Assembly: GCF_006345805.1 (NCBI RefSeq)
Contig: NC_043005.1
Coordinates: 67,456,001 to 67,520,000 of the forward strand
Direction of reading: 5' to 3'
DNA length: 64,000 bases
Source of the DNA: Octopus sinensis
Lineage: Eukaryota
Under the pieces are notes generated by a model. It was not told the DNA's origin. It did no database searches and saw nothing but the letters and a program-made list of their open reading frames with translations. Position numbers and translations under genes: made by a program. The first letter of the stretch is position 1; every line of letters begins with the position of its first letter. This document shows positions 25,618 through 38,495 of the stretch, piece after piece.

Positions 25618-25795
25618 ATTTCTTTTTTGCCCACAAGGGGTTAAAAATAAAGGGGACAAACAAGGACAAAAGGGATTAAGTCGATTACATCGACCCCAGT
25701 GCGTAACAGGCACTTAATTTATCGACCCCGAAAGGATGAAAGGCAAAGTCGACCTCGGCGGAATTTTGAACTCAGAACGTAGCGGCAGACGAAAT
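25618..25795 (-). mobile_element. Family B SINE (5'-truncated)
   Basis: Near-identical to the module at 21842-22022. Confidence 0.85.
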
Positions 25796-26396
25796 CACCA
25801 CTGGAACTCTAACGATAGGAAGTATATGAGTGAGAATTTTTAAAAATGTAAAACAGCATCAAAAGCCCTGGTCTAAATGCAGAAGCCATAGTTGGAATTT
25901 AGCTGTACACAGTTAATGCGTAACTACAAATACCGTTAAACAAAATAGTGAAAAATAACAAGTTAGAGACCAGACAGACATTCAGTACAATGAAACAATC
26001 AACATCGCTAGTTCTGGCTGGCAAGTGCTTTCAACGTCTGTGTATATTCAGTGTTATGCCAATGGGCAACATATTGAATATTCAATATGAAAAAGATAAT
26101 AAACTGTATATGCTTGTAGAAAACATGGTACATGACAGCAATGTGATCACAACCATCTGTCCACACTGACGAGATCAAGGAAATCCATTCAGCTATAATT
26201 ATTAAGCAATAAATTAAAATCTTAATGCTCTGGAAAATATTTCAATATCTTCTGATCGAGATATCACCTTGGAGGAAGCCGGCAAACAGCCAAGGATGTT
26301 GAGACTGAAAATTAGGATGCAGAGTATAAAAGTGAAAGTATCTATAAAAATCGAAGCACTTGCCATGACTAAGAATAAAACAAACAACAAATCTTC

Positions 26397-26800
26397 TTTC
26401 TTTATTGTCCACAAGGGGTTAAATATACAGGTGACAAACAAGAACAAAGGGATTAAGTCGATTACATCGATCCCATTGCGTAACTGATACTCATTTAATC
26501 GATCCCGAAAGGATCAAATGCAAAGTCGGCCTCGGCGGAATTTGAACTCAGAACGTAGCTGCAGACGAAATACCTATTTCTATTTCTTTACAACCCACAA
26601 GTGGCTAAATATAGAGGAGACAAACAAGGACAGACAAACGGATTAAGTCGATTCCATCGACCTCAGTGCTTAACTGGTACTTAGTTTATCGACCCCGATA
26701 GGATGAAAGGCAAAGTCGACCTCGGCGAAATTTGAACTCACATCGTAACGGTAGACGAAATACTGCTAAGCATTTCGCCCGGCGTGCTAACGTTTCTGCC
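26397..26800 (-). mobile_element. Family B SINE with tandemly duplicated 3' module
   Basis: Two modules joined at GACGAAATACCTATTTC, the same junction as at 22015-22030. Confidence 0.85.
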
Positions 26801-26870
26801 AAATCTTACTAAGTCACGTTACTCAACTCACCGTTACAATAATAGCTGTGCTAAGCACTACTACACACTA

Positions 26871-27828
26871 CGTGGCTGGGCTGAAAAGTTCATAGGCTGA
26901 CTATGAAGTGGCGATGCATTATTAATTTCAACTTTTCAACTTTTCTTATTGATAATTCCATCGTTTATTTCCCGATGAACAGAAGTCTAACTGTTCAAAG
27001 AAGACTTCAAAACCACATAGTAGCGACTTATCTTGAAAATAAACAAAATTTGGCAACATGATGTCATCAATTACTTTCAGAAAACCCGTTTAGTTCCCGA
27101 GTTCATTCATACTGACATGCTTGCTACATTAAGGTATGAACTCTAGCTTTATCAACAGTACAAAAGTGGGCAGTTGAATATCGGAGGGGAAAGGAAAGAC
27201 TTGAAGATGACCCAAGGTCTGGAAATCCTACAGCTGATATTGATTGCGTTCACCACAGGTGATTGGCTATAATTCAGATATTACTATGTCTCGTGTGAGA
27301 ATTGAAGATATTTTGCACAATGAACTTGGCATGTCGGAGGTTTCTGATCGGTGGGTGCTAAATCTTCTGATAAATAGTCAAAAGCACACCAGGCTGATTA
27401 CATCACGGGAAAATCTGTCATTACTTCAGGCATATCCAGCTGGTTTCCCTGGACGTTTCCTGACCCTGTGTGAGTGTTGATTTCATCACTTTCAGGCAGA
27501 AAACCGTTTTCAATCGCTGCTACGCGTGACTGTGGCTGTGAAATGGTTTATCCCCACTCCCTATTTTCCTGATTTGGCCCCATCTGACTATCATTTGTTC
27601 CACAGCATAAGAAAACACAGCTAGGAATCAGTATTGCAGTGATGATGACGACATATCTGCTGAAGATCACGTTTTTGACAGGATGAATGTTCGTTCACCA
27701 ATGTGATTTAAGCACTGCAACACTGATGAAGAAGTACGTGCGCAGCAAGGGCGACTATGTTGAAAAATAAACATCATTTGGTCACATTCCATGTGAGTAT
27801 TTTGGTCAGCCTATTCAGTTGACCCTTA
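26871..27828 (+). mobile_element. mariner element, internally deleted, with degenerate TIRs
   Basis: TA-flanked CGTGGCTGGGCTGAAAAGTTCATAGGCTGAC ... GTCAGCCTATTCAGTTGACCCT. Peptides ALSTVQKWAVE..RGKERLEDDPRSG and PYFPDLAPSDYHLF. Confidence 0.9.
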
Positions 27829-28289
27829 TAAGCAGGGAAATTCAATCAAGTTAGAACAGTTGTACACAACTGAGACATCTAATAACGATCTAATACACAT
27901 TTAATAACAATAAACGTATAAGACATAAAATGTATTACACAACCCAAATGCACCCTAGATACAAACATTATCATTAATCCACTAGATGTAGTAGTCGTAA
28001 AGGTTGCGTTATACAGATGGTATAAACGATTACCGGTATAAACGATTACTGTTTTATTAATAATGCCATTCGTTCTATGTATTCGCCAACGGTCAAAGGT
28101 AGGAATTTTTTCACAAATTATCTACTCCGTCTTTCATACCGACTATACCTTGGTAGTAGCACATGCCTCCCTCATATACATCATGTATCCGTTGAAACAA
28201 TGAATATCAAGAAATGTTGTATAGTTCTAACTGCAGACACAAGTGAACTGCCATGAAAATTACCACACAGATCCTTTAGCCCTGATTTA

Positions 28290-29640
28290 TACAAGGAGAC
28301 TAAAAGGGTATGAATCCAGTCTTGAGACTCTTTCTGAGTTTTCCAACAGTGACAAATTAATATTTAAAAGTTCAAACATTTTGTCACCTCCATATTTGAA
28401 GACTTCTGCTCAGATTCCATCAGCGCCAAATAAATGCCATTTAGAGTTGGTTCAAATGCCATCTATTCTATAACTGGAAAGTGTTCGACTTTTTTCTATC
28501 ATCCCTATGTTAGCGTATGACGGTCTATTCTAAAGTACAGAAAATGTCCTACCCAGCGCTTATAAATAGAAGCCGTCTCAGTCAGAAGCAAACGCTCATT
28601 TGCTCTTCGCATTGGAGCTATTGAAGATGATTTCAGGTCATATACCTCCTTAACATAAGGTTACAAACCCTTGGCATCATTTCAGCTGCTTCTTGTGACC
28701 CTTCTGCTCTATCATTCCACCATTCCTGCTTATTTTTTCTTAGAGCAGTCTGCCTTTCCCTTTGAACTTTCAGTAAGCTTCGTTTGAGTTGGGGTTCAAA
28801 GGCTGAGAAAGAAGTGTATTGCTTAAGTTTTGTTTTTCTAAAATTAGATCAGGAATTTCCGCTGATCTAAGAACCAGTTACCGGGCTTACATGATTTAAA
28901 TTGCAGCCTGAAGTACTTTTGTTTTGAAATCTCACGGATTGTTTGGATCAAGATTGATACTTTCTACAGCATCGTGGAATCTTTGCAAGTTGCTTGATAA
29001 TTTAAAGTTTGCAACGTTTAACTTTTTGGGTACTTTAGGACCAGACAGTCGATTTTTAGGCATTATCGAAAAACTTATTTTTCCACGCACTAGACGGTGG
29101 TCAGTCAGGCTCTCTGCTTTTCTCATGGCCCGAACGCTAGAAAAGTCTTTCATATCACGTTTTCTGATCAAAATATATACTACGGGATGCCTGTGCAACA
29201 AGGTGGTTTTATATTATTTTTCTGCTTAAACAGAGTGTTGGTAATAACTAGATTATTTTCAGTACAAAACGTCAAAAGAGCTGTTCTATTTTTATTACAT
29301 GTTTTAATCCCATGTCGACTTAAAACAGGTCATGAAACATAGTCCTTTCCAACTCTTGCGTTGAAATCTCCCAATATAATCAGCTTCTCATAAATTGGTA
29401 CTTTCCTCAACATTTGTGCTAGATCATCATAAAGCTGTCCTACAGTTTCATTAGAATGGGACATTGTTGATGCATAAAAACTGACAACGGCAAGGAACCT
29501 AACTTTTGTCAGTTTAATACGGCATGACAAGGTTCGTTCAGATACACCACTTGGGAATTCTGCAATTGAGAATACTAATGAATTCTTGCGAGCAAACCCA
29601 ACACCAGATTCTCTATGCTGACCCTTAGGTAGGCCTCTTT
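28290..29640 (-). mobile_element. RTE-clade LINE, APE endonuclease to start of RT (degenerate)
   Basis: RESGVGFA.KNSL, SFYASTM..LYDDL..KLIILGDFNARVG, RKRD..VRAMRKAESLTDHRLVR, GADGI*AEVFKYGG. Confidence 0.9.
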
Positions 29641-29899
29641 AAAAAATAGTATATCCATAAGTAGATTCATTTGCTTGACCCTCACCAGAGAGACGAGTTT
29701 CAGAGAGCGCAACTATATCAACGGAATATTACATAAGCTGACATACAATAAATGCAGTACGCCTTTCTGGCCTCTTGTTGAAATTATCATCAAGGGGAGT
29801 GCGCAAATTCTAACAGCCAAAATTCAAAGGATGTCCTTTCAAAGCCAAGATTTAAAGGATGTTTATTCAAAACATGTTTGTATATATATATATATACAT

Positions 29900-30170
29900 G
29901 GTCTCTTTATTGTCTTTCTATTTTTTGTTTTTCCTGTCCGTCTTCGCATCGCCTATCTGTCCGGATGTTGCGTTCTTGTTACATGTTTTAGAGTTATATA
30001 TATATATATTATATATATATATATGTGTGTATGTATATATATGAATCCAAAACATGTAAACAGAAGACAATGATAACAGACGACAATAATACATCCGGAC
30101 AGATAGGCGATGCGAAGACGGACAGGATAAACAATAAAAAATAAAAAGACAATAAGAAGATAATGTGTAT
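29900..30170. repeat. Tail-to-tail pair of a short PLE-type 3' end around (AT)n
   Basis: CCTGTCCGTCTTCGCATCGCCTATCTGTCCGGATGT on plus (about 29932-29967), with its exact reverse complement at about 30092-30127. Confidence 0.7.
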
Positions 30171-30363
30171 ATATATATATATAGGCATGTTTGTATGTAG
30201 GTATGTATATATGTATGTATGGATCTATCTATCTATCTATCTATCTACACAAACACACAGATGCGTGTATATAAAATATATATAAACTGTATAATAAAGA
30301 TAGATAGATAGATAGAGAGATAGAGAGATAGAGAGATAGATAAATAGATAGATAGATAGATAG

Positions 30364-30430
<67 letters not shown>

Positions 30431-30992
30431 AAGAAAGAAAGAGTGAGAGGTATATAAATGATATTTGTCTCTGAATCAATCTATATGCGAAAGTGTGCGT
30501 GTCTGTTTAAATGTACGGAAGGGAATATTTATATATATGCATATACTGCTGTGTGTCTCTCTTCCTGTACATCTACGTATTCACGATCATGTGTAAATAC
30601 ATCTGCAGTTTTTCTCTTCTATCGACATAAGAATCTCATATGGTATCTATGGAAACTTCTTGTCTGTTCATTTAAAGTTGTTGCTCATTAGCATTAGAAA
30701 ATCTTGTACTAAAGTCCTAGATTATACTAAACCTCCTGAATAATGCAAGAAATAACATTACAACTGAGATTTACCATGTGTTCTGATTATGGAATCTGCT
30801 TACCTTATTTGACGACGTCATGACAAGTAGCTCTGGCGTATGCACTGGCAGGTTCATACACATACGTAAGCATTTTCTTTCTCTCTTTATATGTGTACGC
30901 GTTTGTTTGTGCGTATTTGTATTTGTGTGTGTGTGTATATCAATATATATATATGCATATCTCTCTCTCTATATATATATATATTATATATA

Positions 30993-31028
<36 letters not shown>

Positions 31029-31064
31029 TTTATGTATGTATGTATATGTGTGTGTGTATATATA

Positions 31065-31117
<53 letters not shown>

Positions 31118-31149
31118 ATATATATATACATACACATACATATATATTG

Positions 31150-31181
<32 letters not shown>

Positions 31182-31231
31182 TATACATCTTTCTGTTTTT
31201 ATGTACAAATATAAAAATAAATAAATATATA

Positions 31232-31535
31232 GGCGCAGAAGTGGCTGCGTGGGAAGAAGCTTACCTCCTAACCACATGGTTCCGGGTTCAATACCACTAC
31301 GAGGCAACTTGTGTCTTCTATTATACTCTCGAGCCGACCAAAGCATTGCGAGTGGATTTGGTAGACGGAAACTGAAAGACATGCGTCGTATGTGTCTGAT
31401 TGTGTGTGCGCGTGTGTGTGTGTTTGTGTGTGTGTGTTGTGTGTGTGTGTGTGCGTGTGTGTGTGTAGCCTAGCGGTTCGGCAAAACAGACCGATAGAAT
31501 AAGTACTAGCCTTACAAAGAATAAATCCTGGGGAA
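31232..31535 (+). mobile_element. Family A SINE
   Basis: Same head and body as 4327-4738, 3' end incomplete. Confidence 0.85.
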
Positions 31536-31959
31536 GATATATATATCATTCAATGCACACTGTATCAAATTACGTACAGCAAGTAGAGTATTGCCATGGA
31601 GACAATGTGATTAAACAGATTTATGTAACCAATCTCAGGTTCAGAACACATAGTGTGTGTCTTAATTAAACTAACCATATGCTCTGACCCTGCAGTTTGC
31701 TTGTAGACTCAAGACTCATTACATAAATCTGCCTATTTACAGAGTCTCTATTCCAGGAATCGATTAGTAGGTCTTATTTTAATATGGCGTACAATAAATG
31801 ATATTTAGTTTTCACTGGAAGGTGTACCTGCATTGTCGATCCTACCTTAATGAAAGAGGAATATATGTATATGTGTATATATATATACAAGTAGTTTAAA
31901 TGTCTGACAACCCAGCACAGTCCATTAGACGGGGGGGGGGCATTTTGCTCGTATACATA

Positions 31960-32073
31960 CATATATGAAGAAGGAGATTAAAATCAAAATAAGCAGCAAG
32001 GATATCCAGAGGTAATGCACTACGATCGTTTCATGCATGAAACGATCGTACTGCATTACCCCTGGATACCCTT
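31960..32073. mobile_element. Spacerless palindrome formed from a PLE-type hammerhead 3' half
   Basis: 31998-32073 is a 76-bp palindrome with 3 mismatches; the core 32021-32050 is perfect. Each arm reads CATGAAAC-GATC-GTA. The left arm runs about 35 nt further to (AT)-rich repeats. Confidence 0.7.
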
Positions 32074-32124
32074 CTATATATATATATATATATATGTAAA
32101 AGTAAAAAAAATATATACAAACTG

Positions 32125-32480
32125 GGACAAGAATGTGAAACACCTAGAAGACGACACAAGAAACACAGGACAGGACATTCGAAGCCCTCAATCATCAGTC
32201 AAGAACCGGATCATCTTCGCAATTTCGGCTGATTAATCTTGAGATTGCTCCGATCTGGGCAGCCCCCAAGGGAAATCTAAGGCAAGCGCATTAGATCCCT
32301 TGGAAGAAAGCCTCGAATGTATACAACACAAGGACGGAAAACGGACGATGTACACGAATAAAAATACAAAAATACGTAAAAACAATAAAGAAAGCACGGA
32401 TAAGAATACAAATACGTAAAAACAATAATGGTAAGGATAAAAACAAAACCAGGACGTCAGGACAAGGGTCTTTCGACAGG
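32125..32480 (-). mobile_element. Probable PLE-type 3' end, degenerate
   Basis: CTGATGA..GAATGTC motif followed by a pyrimidine-rich tail into (AT)n. Confidence 0.35.
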
Positions 32481-32957
32481 ACGAGTTGAGTTTGGGGCTG
32501 GCTAGTGGAAGAGTGCCTTTAGGCCACAGGAGACAAACAAATACGTGTTGCTACAACGACTGCTGGATGCGAAAGGGCAAAGCAGCAGTCGCTGGCTGGT
32601 CACGTAGGGACAAAAGAGAGGAGAAAGGGACAGATGAGGAGAGAGAGAAGGGGAACAAGGGAGGAGAAGAAAGAGAGGGAAAGAGACAGATCGAGGGGAA
32701 TATAAATATATACAAGAAGACACAACAATGATATATTAATATATTAAGATTCGCCATCAATTAAAAACCAAAACAGAATTAATTAAAAAAAAGGTGCAAA
32801 ATAGCACCAGCGATTGCTAGAAATAAGAGTAAAAGAATTAGTGAATTTTTTAAAAGCCACAAAAACACTAACCTCATGACATTTACGGGAGGTGAGCACA
32901 GCAAACTAAAAGGACCTTTTCCTATTGAGATTGACTCACAAGAAGAAATAGCTGGAT

Positions 32958-33571
32958 CAGGGCCGTCGCATGAATTTTAGATGCCCCCTGCAACTGTTTG
33001 CTTCGAGGCCCCATGTCTTTAATCAAAATTCATAATTTATGCACCTTTATTATCTGCAAAAATCAGACATAGACCTTACAGCTTGTATTTTAGAATCATC
33101 ACAGCAGACTCTGGTGTGATGATTCTAAAATACAACACATAAGAAAATCCTAACGGTATATCTTATTTCTACCCCCTCCGTACATGGAAAGATACACACA
33201 TACATACAATACACAAACTTCTCTGTGTGCGCGCGCGTGCGCTTTGCTTTTGGTACAGAAAGAATTTTGTCTCCAGTTTTTATTGCCTTAGGAGGTCAAA
33301 GGCCACTGTTCTAGGTACAAAGTCACCAGCATTTCAACAACGACAAATAACAACACCAAATATATGTGTATGTATACACCACACATATATATAATATATA
33401 CATATATATATATATATATATCCCCACACACCAACCACACCACACACACACACAATATAATATATATATATATACCCGGGCAAACAGAGTGAGAGAGAGA
33501 GAAATGAACAGAGAAAGAGATACTAAGAGATGTGTGTGTGTGTTTTGTACACGTCTATCTCCTTCTCTTTT

Positions 33572-33607
<36 letters not shown>

Positions 33608-34287
33608 CTGGCCAACGCCTTGTGAATGGATTTAATAGACTGAACTAGATAAAAGCCAGCCGTATATATGTGTGTGTATGTATGAATGTTTGTACGTATG
33701 CCAATAATTTTTTTTATACGTATGTGTAAGTATACAAGCTCCACCTTCATCATCATTGCCTATTTTGCTTGTTTTTTTCTCTTAAAGTTATTCATTATTT
33801 TGAATTTCTTTCGTTTTTTTTCTTTTGTCTCCCTAGAGAATTCATTGAAAATTTATTTTTCATTTAGGTTTTTTACGTTTCTTTAAAATTCATTTACGGT
33901 ACACCCACATATTTTTTTGCCTCGTCTGACTTGAAATTTTCAGTTAACATCTTAACCAAAGTAAATATATTTCTTTACTGCCCACAAGAGGCTAAACATA
34001 GAGCGGACAAACAAGGACAAACGGATAAAGTCGATTACATCGATCCCAGTGCGAAACTGGTACTTTATTTATCGACCACGAAAGGATGAAAGGTAAAGTC
34101 GACCTCGGCGGAATTTGAACTCAGACCGTAACGACAGACGAAATACGGCTACGCATTTCGCCCGGCGTGCAAACGTTTCTGCCAGCTCGCCGCCGGCTCA
34201 TCTATGTAGCTTGATCTTAACATGGGGACCCTCAACCGTGGAGGGCCCTGCGACCGCAGGAGTTGCAGGGGCTCAGTGATGGCCCTG
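32958..34287. mobile_element. Non-autonomous hAT-type DNA transposon with nested insertions
   Basis: TIRs CAGGGCCGTCGC / (rc) CAGGGCCATCAC; 8-bp TSD AGCTGGAT / AGCTGGAC (7 of 8 match). Confidence 0.85.
33969..34194 (-). mobile_element. Family B SINE, full length, nested in the hAT element
   Basis: GGCGGCGAGCTGGCAGAAACG head through to the ...GTAAAGAAATA tail. Confidence 0.9.
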
Positions 34288-34446
34288 AGCTGGACAAGTC
34301 TTTATCATGTGATTTCGAAATTTAACCAATGACGTCTTGTTTCTCCTGAAAAGCATCTACCTACTACTCAGGACTAAAGAGATAGTAGTTTGCTTCCTAC
34401 TAGTAAATGAGAAAAGGAAACCGTTTACAACACACCCACACACACA

Positions 34447-34508
<62 letters not shown>

Positions 34509-34509
34509 A

Positions 34510-35290
34510 TTATTTCTAAGTCTCCCTAAAGAGACTACGACGGCAGCGGTACTAGATATTAATAGTTATCGCCAAGCTAATATGGCATTCCATAAATATA
34601 GGACGAAAGCTGCCGTTGATTAGCACCAAGAGACCATCGCCTCTAGCTAGGTATATGACACACGAACCTGCGTCCATTATAACCTTCGAACAGGGGAGGT
34701 CAGCCTCTTCCCCTTGTTGGTCAGGCACCTGCAGACGTGTTTCAGAGTATTTGCCGTTTATCAATGCAGAGTAGCCGAACCCAGCAGACTTCGCTACTGA
34801 CCGTCTGTTCGAAGAATTATTTACCTAAATTCAGTGGAATACATCCACTGGTTTTCAAAAATAGAAATATTATTATTTCTAAGTCTCTCTAAAGGAAATT
34901 ACGGCAGCGGTACTGGATTATTAATAGTTATCAAGTTATCGTCATTGATGGGGCAGTTCGACAATGTGCACTCCTCAGAGTTTTGAGAGGAAGCATGTAC
35001 CAGAGTTGGGAGTATGCTGGTTCTTCCGAGTTTTATTGATCTTGATGTTCCTTAGGCGCCGTTGTTTAGCTAAAGATGGTAGATAGCCATTCAGGGTTAG
35101 ATCTCTGAGGAACTGTTTGGTGTAGACAGCTTTATCGGTCACGTTGACGCAATTGTTGTTTATACGTGCAATCTCGTTCCTCACGTGAGCGACTTTGGCT
35201 CTGGTAGGCAAGGCTGATTCGTAGTGGACGAAAAGTTTTCTATTAGCGGCTTAACAGTAACTTAACAGATCAAATTCTACAACTGACTCG
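34510..35290 (-). mobile_element. Penelope-like element, RT thumb region plus 3' partial tandem repeat
   Basis: RKLFVHYESALPTRAKVAHVRNEIARINNNC...FLRDLTLNGY (PLE post-RT motif HxxSxxP..K...R......L..NGY). A ~60-bp direct repeat occurs at 34510-34570 and 34872-34930; ends in (AT)n. Confidence 0.8.
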
Positions 35291-36500
35291 ACTAACAACC
35301 ATTACTACCACTGCCATCCTGATACCTCTACTAACACCAACAACATTATACACCACACTGACCAATAAAAATATAACAGCTTTAACACTTCAACCACCAC
35401 CAACACGACAGTCATAACTATGACTGACCAGCCATCGAACTCTATGCGCCCTACTAAAACCACTCACAGCCCCCCCCCCACCACCACCACCTAATACATC
35501 CATACCTACGACGTTCACTGCTGCTGCTGCTAACAATACCCTGGTTACAGACATCACTGATGCCCTCACACAGACAGACAAACAACTGCTAAGCCACGGA
35601 CCTGGAGATTGAAACTGGATATAGTCCAACTTCTGTTGGACAGCTTACCAATTAAAATGGATTACGACCCTTAAACCCACTTTCTCTCACACACACTCAC
35701 ACACACGACATCCCTGCCAATATCTTCACCTCACTATCGACATCATCGCCGATATTACCCTCACCATCATCTGCATCTTCTACATCTTCTTTCCCATCAC
35801 CAACTTTACCGTCTTCATCGGCGTCATCGTCATTATCTACCCCTTTACCTCCCAACTCCTCCTCCTCCACCCCTTACATCTCCCTCATCATCATCTACCC
35901 CGTCTTCATCATCATCTCTTTCTTCTTCTTCTACCTCTTCCCCCTACGCTACACTTAGATTCCCCGTCTACCACCTCGACAATCCACTCCACCCCGTACT
36001 CAACACCAAACTAACTAGACTCAAGCAACCCATTATTTAACATATTAGATAAACGCCCTTCCCCATCATACAACCTTACTAAATCCCAATGGCTGTACTC
36101 GCAAGACCTAAGAAACAAAAACCTCATCTACCTACCTCCAGAGAAAGAGAAAGAATCATGCATTATAGACAAACATACCTACAACAATTTAGCTATCGAA
36201 CACCTCAGGGACACCACACTATACGAAACGGTTTACAACCTCACACCTCACCAACTGGAGTCTACCATCAACACCAGCTAGACCAACATCTGTCACCAAA
36301 CGAATCTCTCTAAGAAGACTAGACTGAACTACACATCTAAAAACACCAAACTTCCCTCCTCCTACTATTTAATAAAACCCCACAAACCCAGACCTAAGCT
36401 TAAAATCAGATCCATAATATCAGGAATTAACGGTCCTTTCTATAAGATTTCCTGGCTCCTCTCAAAACTCCTCACGCCCTTACTACACACATACCCCGCC
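35291..36500 (+). mobile_element. Penelope-like element, N-terminal region and start of RT (inverted relative to 34510-35290)
   Basis: TDKQLLSHGP, then NLTKSQW..DLRNKNLIYLPPEKEKESCIIDKHTY..HLRD...LPSSYYLIKPHK..LKIRSIISGINGPFYKISWLLSKLLTPLL (one in-frame TAG). Confidence 0.85.
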
Positions 36501-36793
36501 TTTAGCTAAACAATGGCGCATGAAGAACATCATGGTCAATAAATCCCGGAAGACCAGCATTTTCAGTTGTATTTATTTATTAATTGATTATAATGATATG
36601 TGTAAGTTATTGTATTTTAGCTCATAATTTATCTCTGCATTTTAATATAATAATATACTAACCGGCTACCTTCCTCCTATCGAGTCCGGTAACGTTTGTT
36701 TATCGTTTGTTTATACTTACTCTAATTGCTTCGTCCATTCTTTTCTCGTTCGAACAATTACTTGTAAATTTGATATGTATATATCAGATATAT

Positions 36794-37085
36794 TCATATA
36801 TAAAAGTCAAGTTGTGTGTCTGTCTCCTACGATTTAGATTCCTAACTACTCCCACATTTTGCGGTGCAGTTTAACCAAAACCGGGTATCTTATAGTCGTG
36901 ATTCATATCGAGCCCTTCTGGGTATTAGCGCGCGTCTACGATGAGTCTACGATTTAAAAAAAATTTACCATCATTTTTTTCCATTTTAATGCATTTTTTT
37001 CGCTATTTTTTGGCTATAACTCTCTAAAAATGCTTATATAGTTATTTCTCTTACAAACCCGTGCAACGCCGGGCGATACTGCTAG
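36794..37085 (+). mobile_element. Helitron-type non-autonomous element
   Basis: 5' TC start, 3' CCCG..CGGG hairpin followed by ...GCTAG|T terminus. Confidence 0.65.
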
Positions 37086-37199
37086 TATTCATATAAAGCA
37101 TTATATCCGTATTCGTAAGTGCTTTTCTTCACCCATTCATTAGTAAGACTCTTTAGACTATTCATTCCTTAAATATTTTTATTTTTGTTTTTATTTTTA

Positions 37200-37960
37200 C
37201 TTTATTGATAGTTTTAACGGACCTGAGCAACGCCATAGCTTTCAATTATAAGCTGACCGATTAAGTTGTAAGATTAACTTTGACTTCACCTTACTACCCG
37301 TAGGGATATTGGGATTAGGTTTCTGTTAATAAGTAACGAGTAATAACATCGCACTACGGTTTTACCTAATTTTTCTTTCATTGATATACTTATGTATTGA
37401 ATTTCTCCAAACAGGTTCAATATAAGTTAATTCCGTCAATTCATTTTATAATGCTCTATTATATAGCAGTCAGCCTCTAACTTTTGATCCCTGTGACATG
37501 GATCATACCATTAAACTCATCACACAACGTCTTACCCTCACTATCAGTATAATTGAAACACGATGTAAACCTCACAGCCTGCGGGGACTTCTCCTGGAGG
37601 TGACTTATGATAGCACAAAGAAATGAAGTTCTTACCATTCCTTACTATTTCTATTATATTATTTTTATTTTACTTTATTATTTTGACTTACTTCCTCACA
37701 TGTTAGTTTCCTAACATTTTGTCTCTCTGATGAAACCCTGAGGCTCAACCATTGCCGAACCCTTGTCCAATGTTTGTTCATCCCTGTATATCACTGGCGT
37801 GATGTGGAAATCGTCGAAGATTTGGCAACCCCATGGTAGGAACAGCTGCTAGAGTTTAGTATTTGTACACTCATCTATTTATTTGCATATTCCATTCGTT
37901 TATTTGGATCACTTACAAATATGATTGTAATCAATTGATAAATATATATAATTGAATGTT
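37200..37960 (+). mobile_element. Probable PLE 3' region with degenerate, extended-stem-II hammerhead
   Basis: CTCT-CTGATGA (37727-37733) ... GAACAGCTGCT-AGAG (37840-37854). Confidence 0.4.
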
Positions 37961-38210
37961 TACAGGCTGATGTTTGTCGATTGTTTATCTTCTCTATTTT
38001 CTTATTTGCCTTATAAACCCTGGGTAAATTTCTGATTTACCCTCACCCATACCTTGTATTCAATTGCGATATTGCCCTGAAATAGTAAGCACTTGGATAT
38101 ATATATACGTCGGTATACATCTAGTAGTATATTGGATATTTAATATCCCTTAGATGGTTATTTAACCTCTAATTCATACAGACATATATACTATATATAT
38201 ATATATATAT

Positions 38211-38447
38211 ATCCGGGGTGTTTAAAACGTCCGTCCGCAGTAAGTATTTAACGGTTTTCGGGCGATTCTTGTATACTGATCCTTTACTTGCTCCCCAGGC
38301 AAAAAAGTCTGGCAGTGTTAAATCAGGTGATCTTGGTAGCCAAAGTCCCTTAAAAATAATCTGTTCAAATAAAAACTCTTGAAACAGTGGCATGGTAATG
38401 CGCAGCATGAAAAAATTCACTGCGAAGAGACTTTTTGAATACCCTAT
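38211..38447 (-). mobile_element. Internally deleted Tc1/mariner element
   Basis: WLPRSPDLTLPDFFAWGASKGSVYKNRPKT (WPPRSPDL motif); TIR-like CCGGGGTGTTTAAAA / (rc) TAGGGTATTCAAAA in TA repeats. Confidence 0.75.

Positions 38448-38495
<48 letters not shown>

Noticed and set aside
32165-32205. CTGATGA..GAATGTC as an intact hammerhead
   Set aside because: GAAU instead of GAAAC and no consistent stem I/III; kept only as a degenerate PLE-type end.
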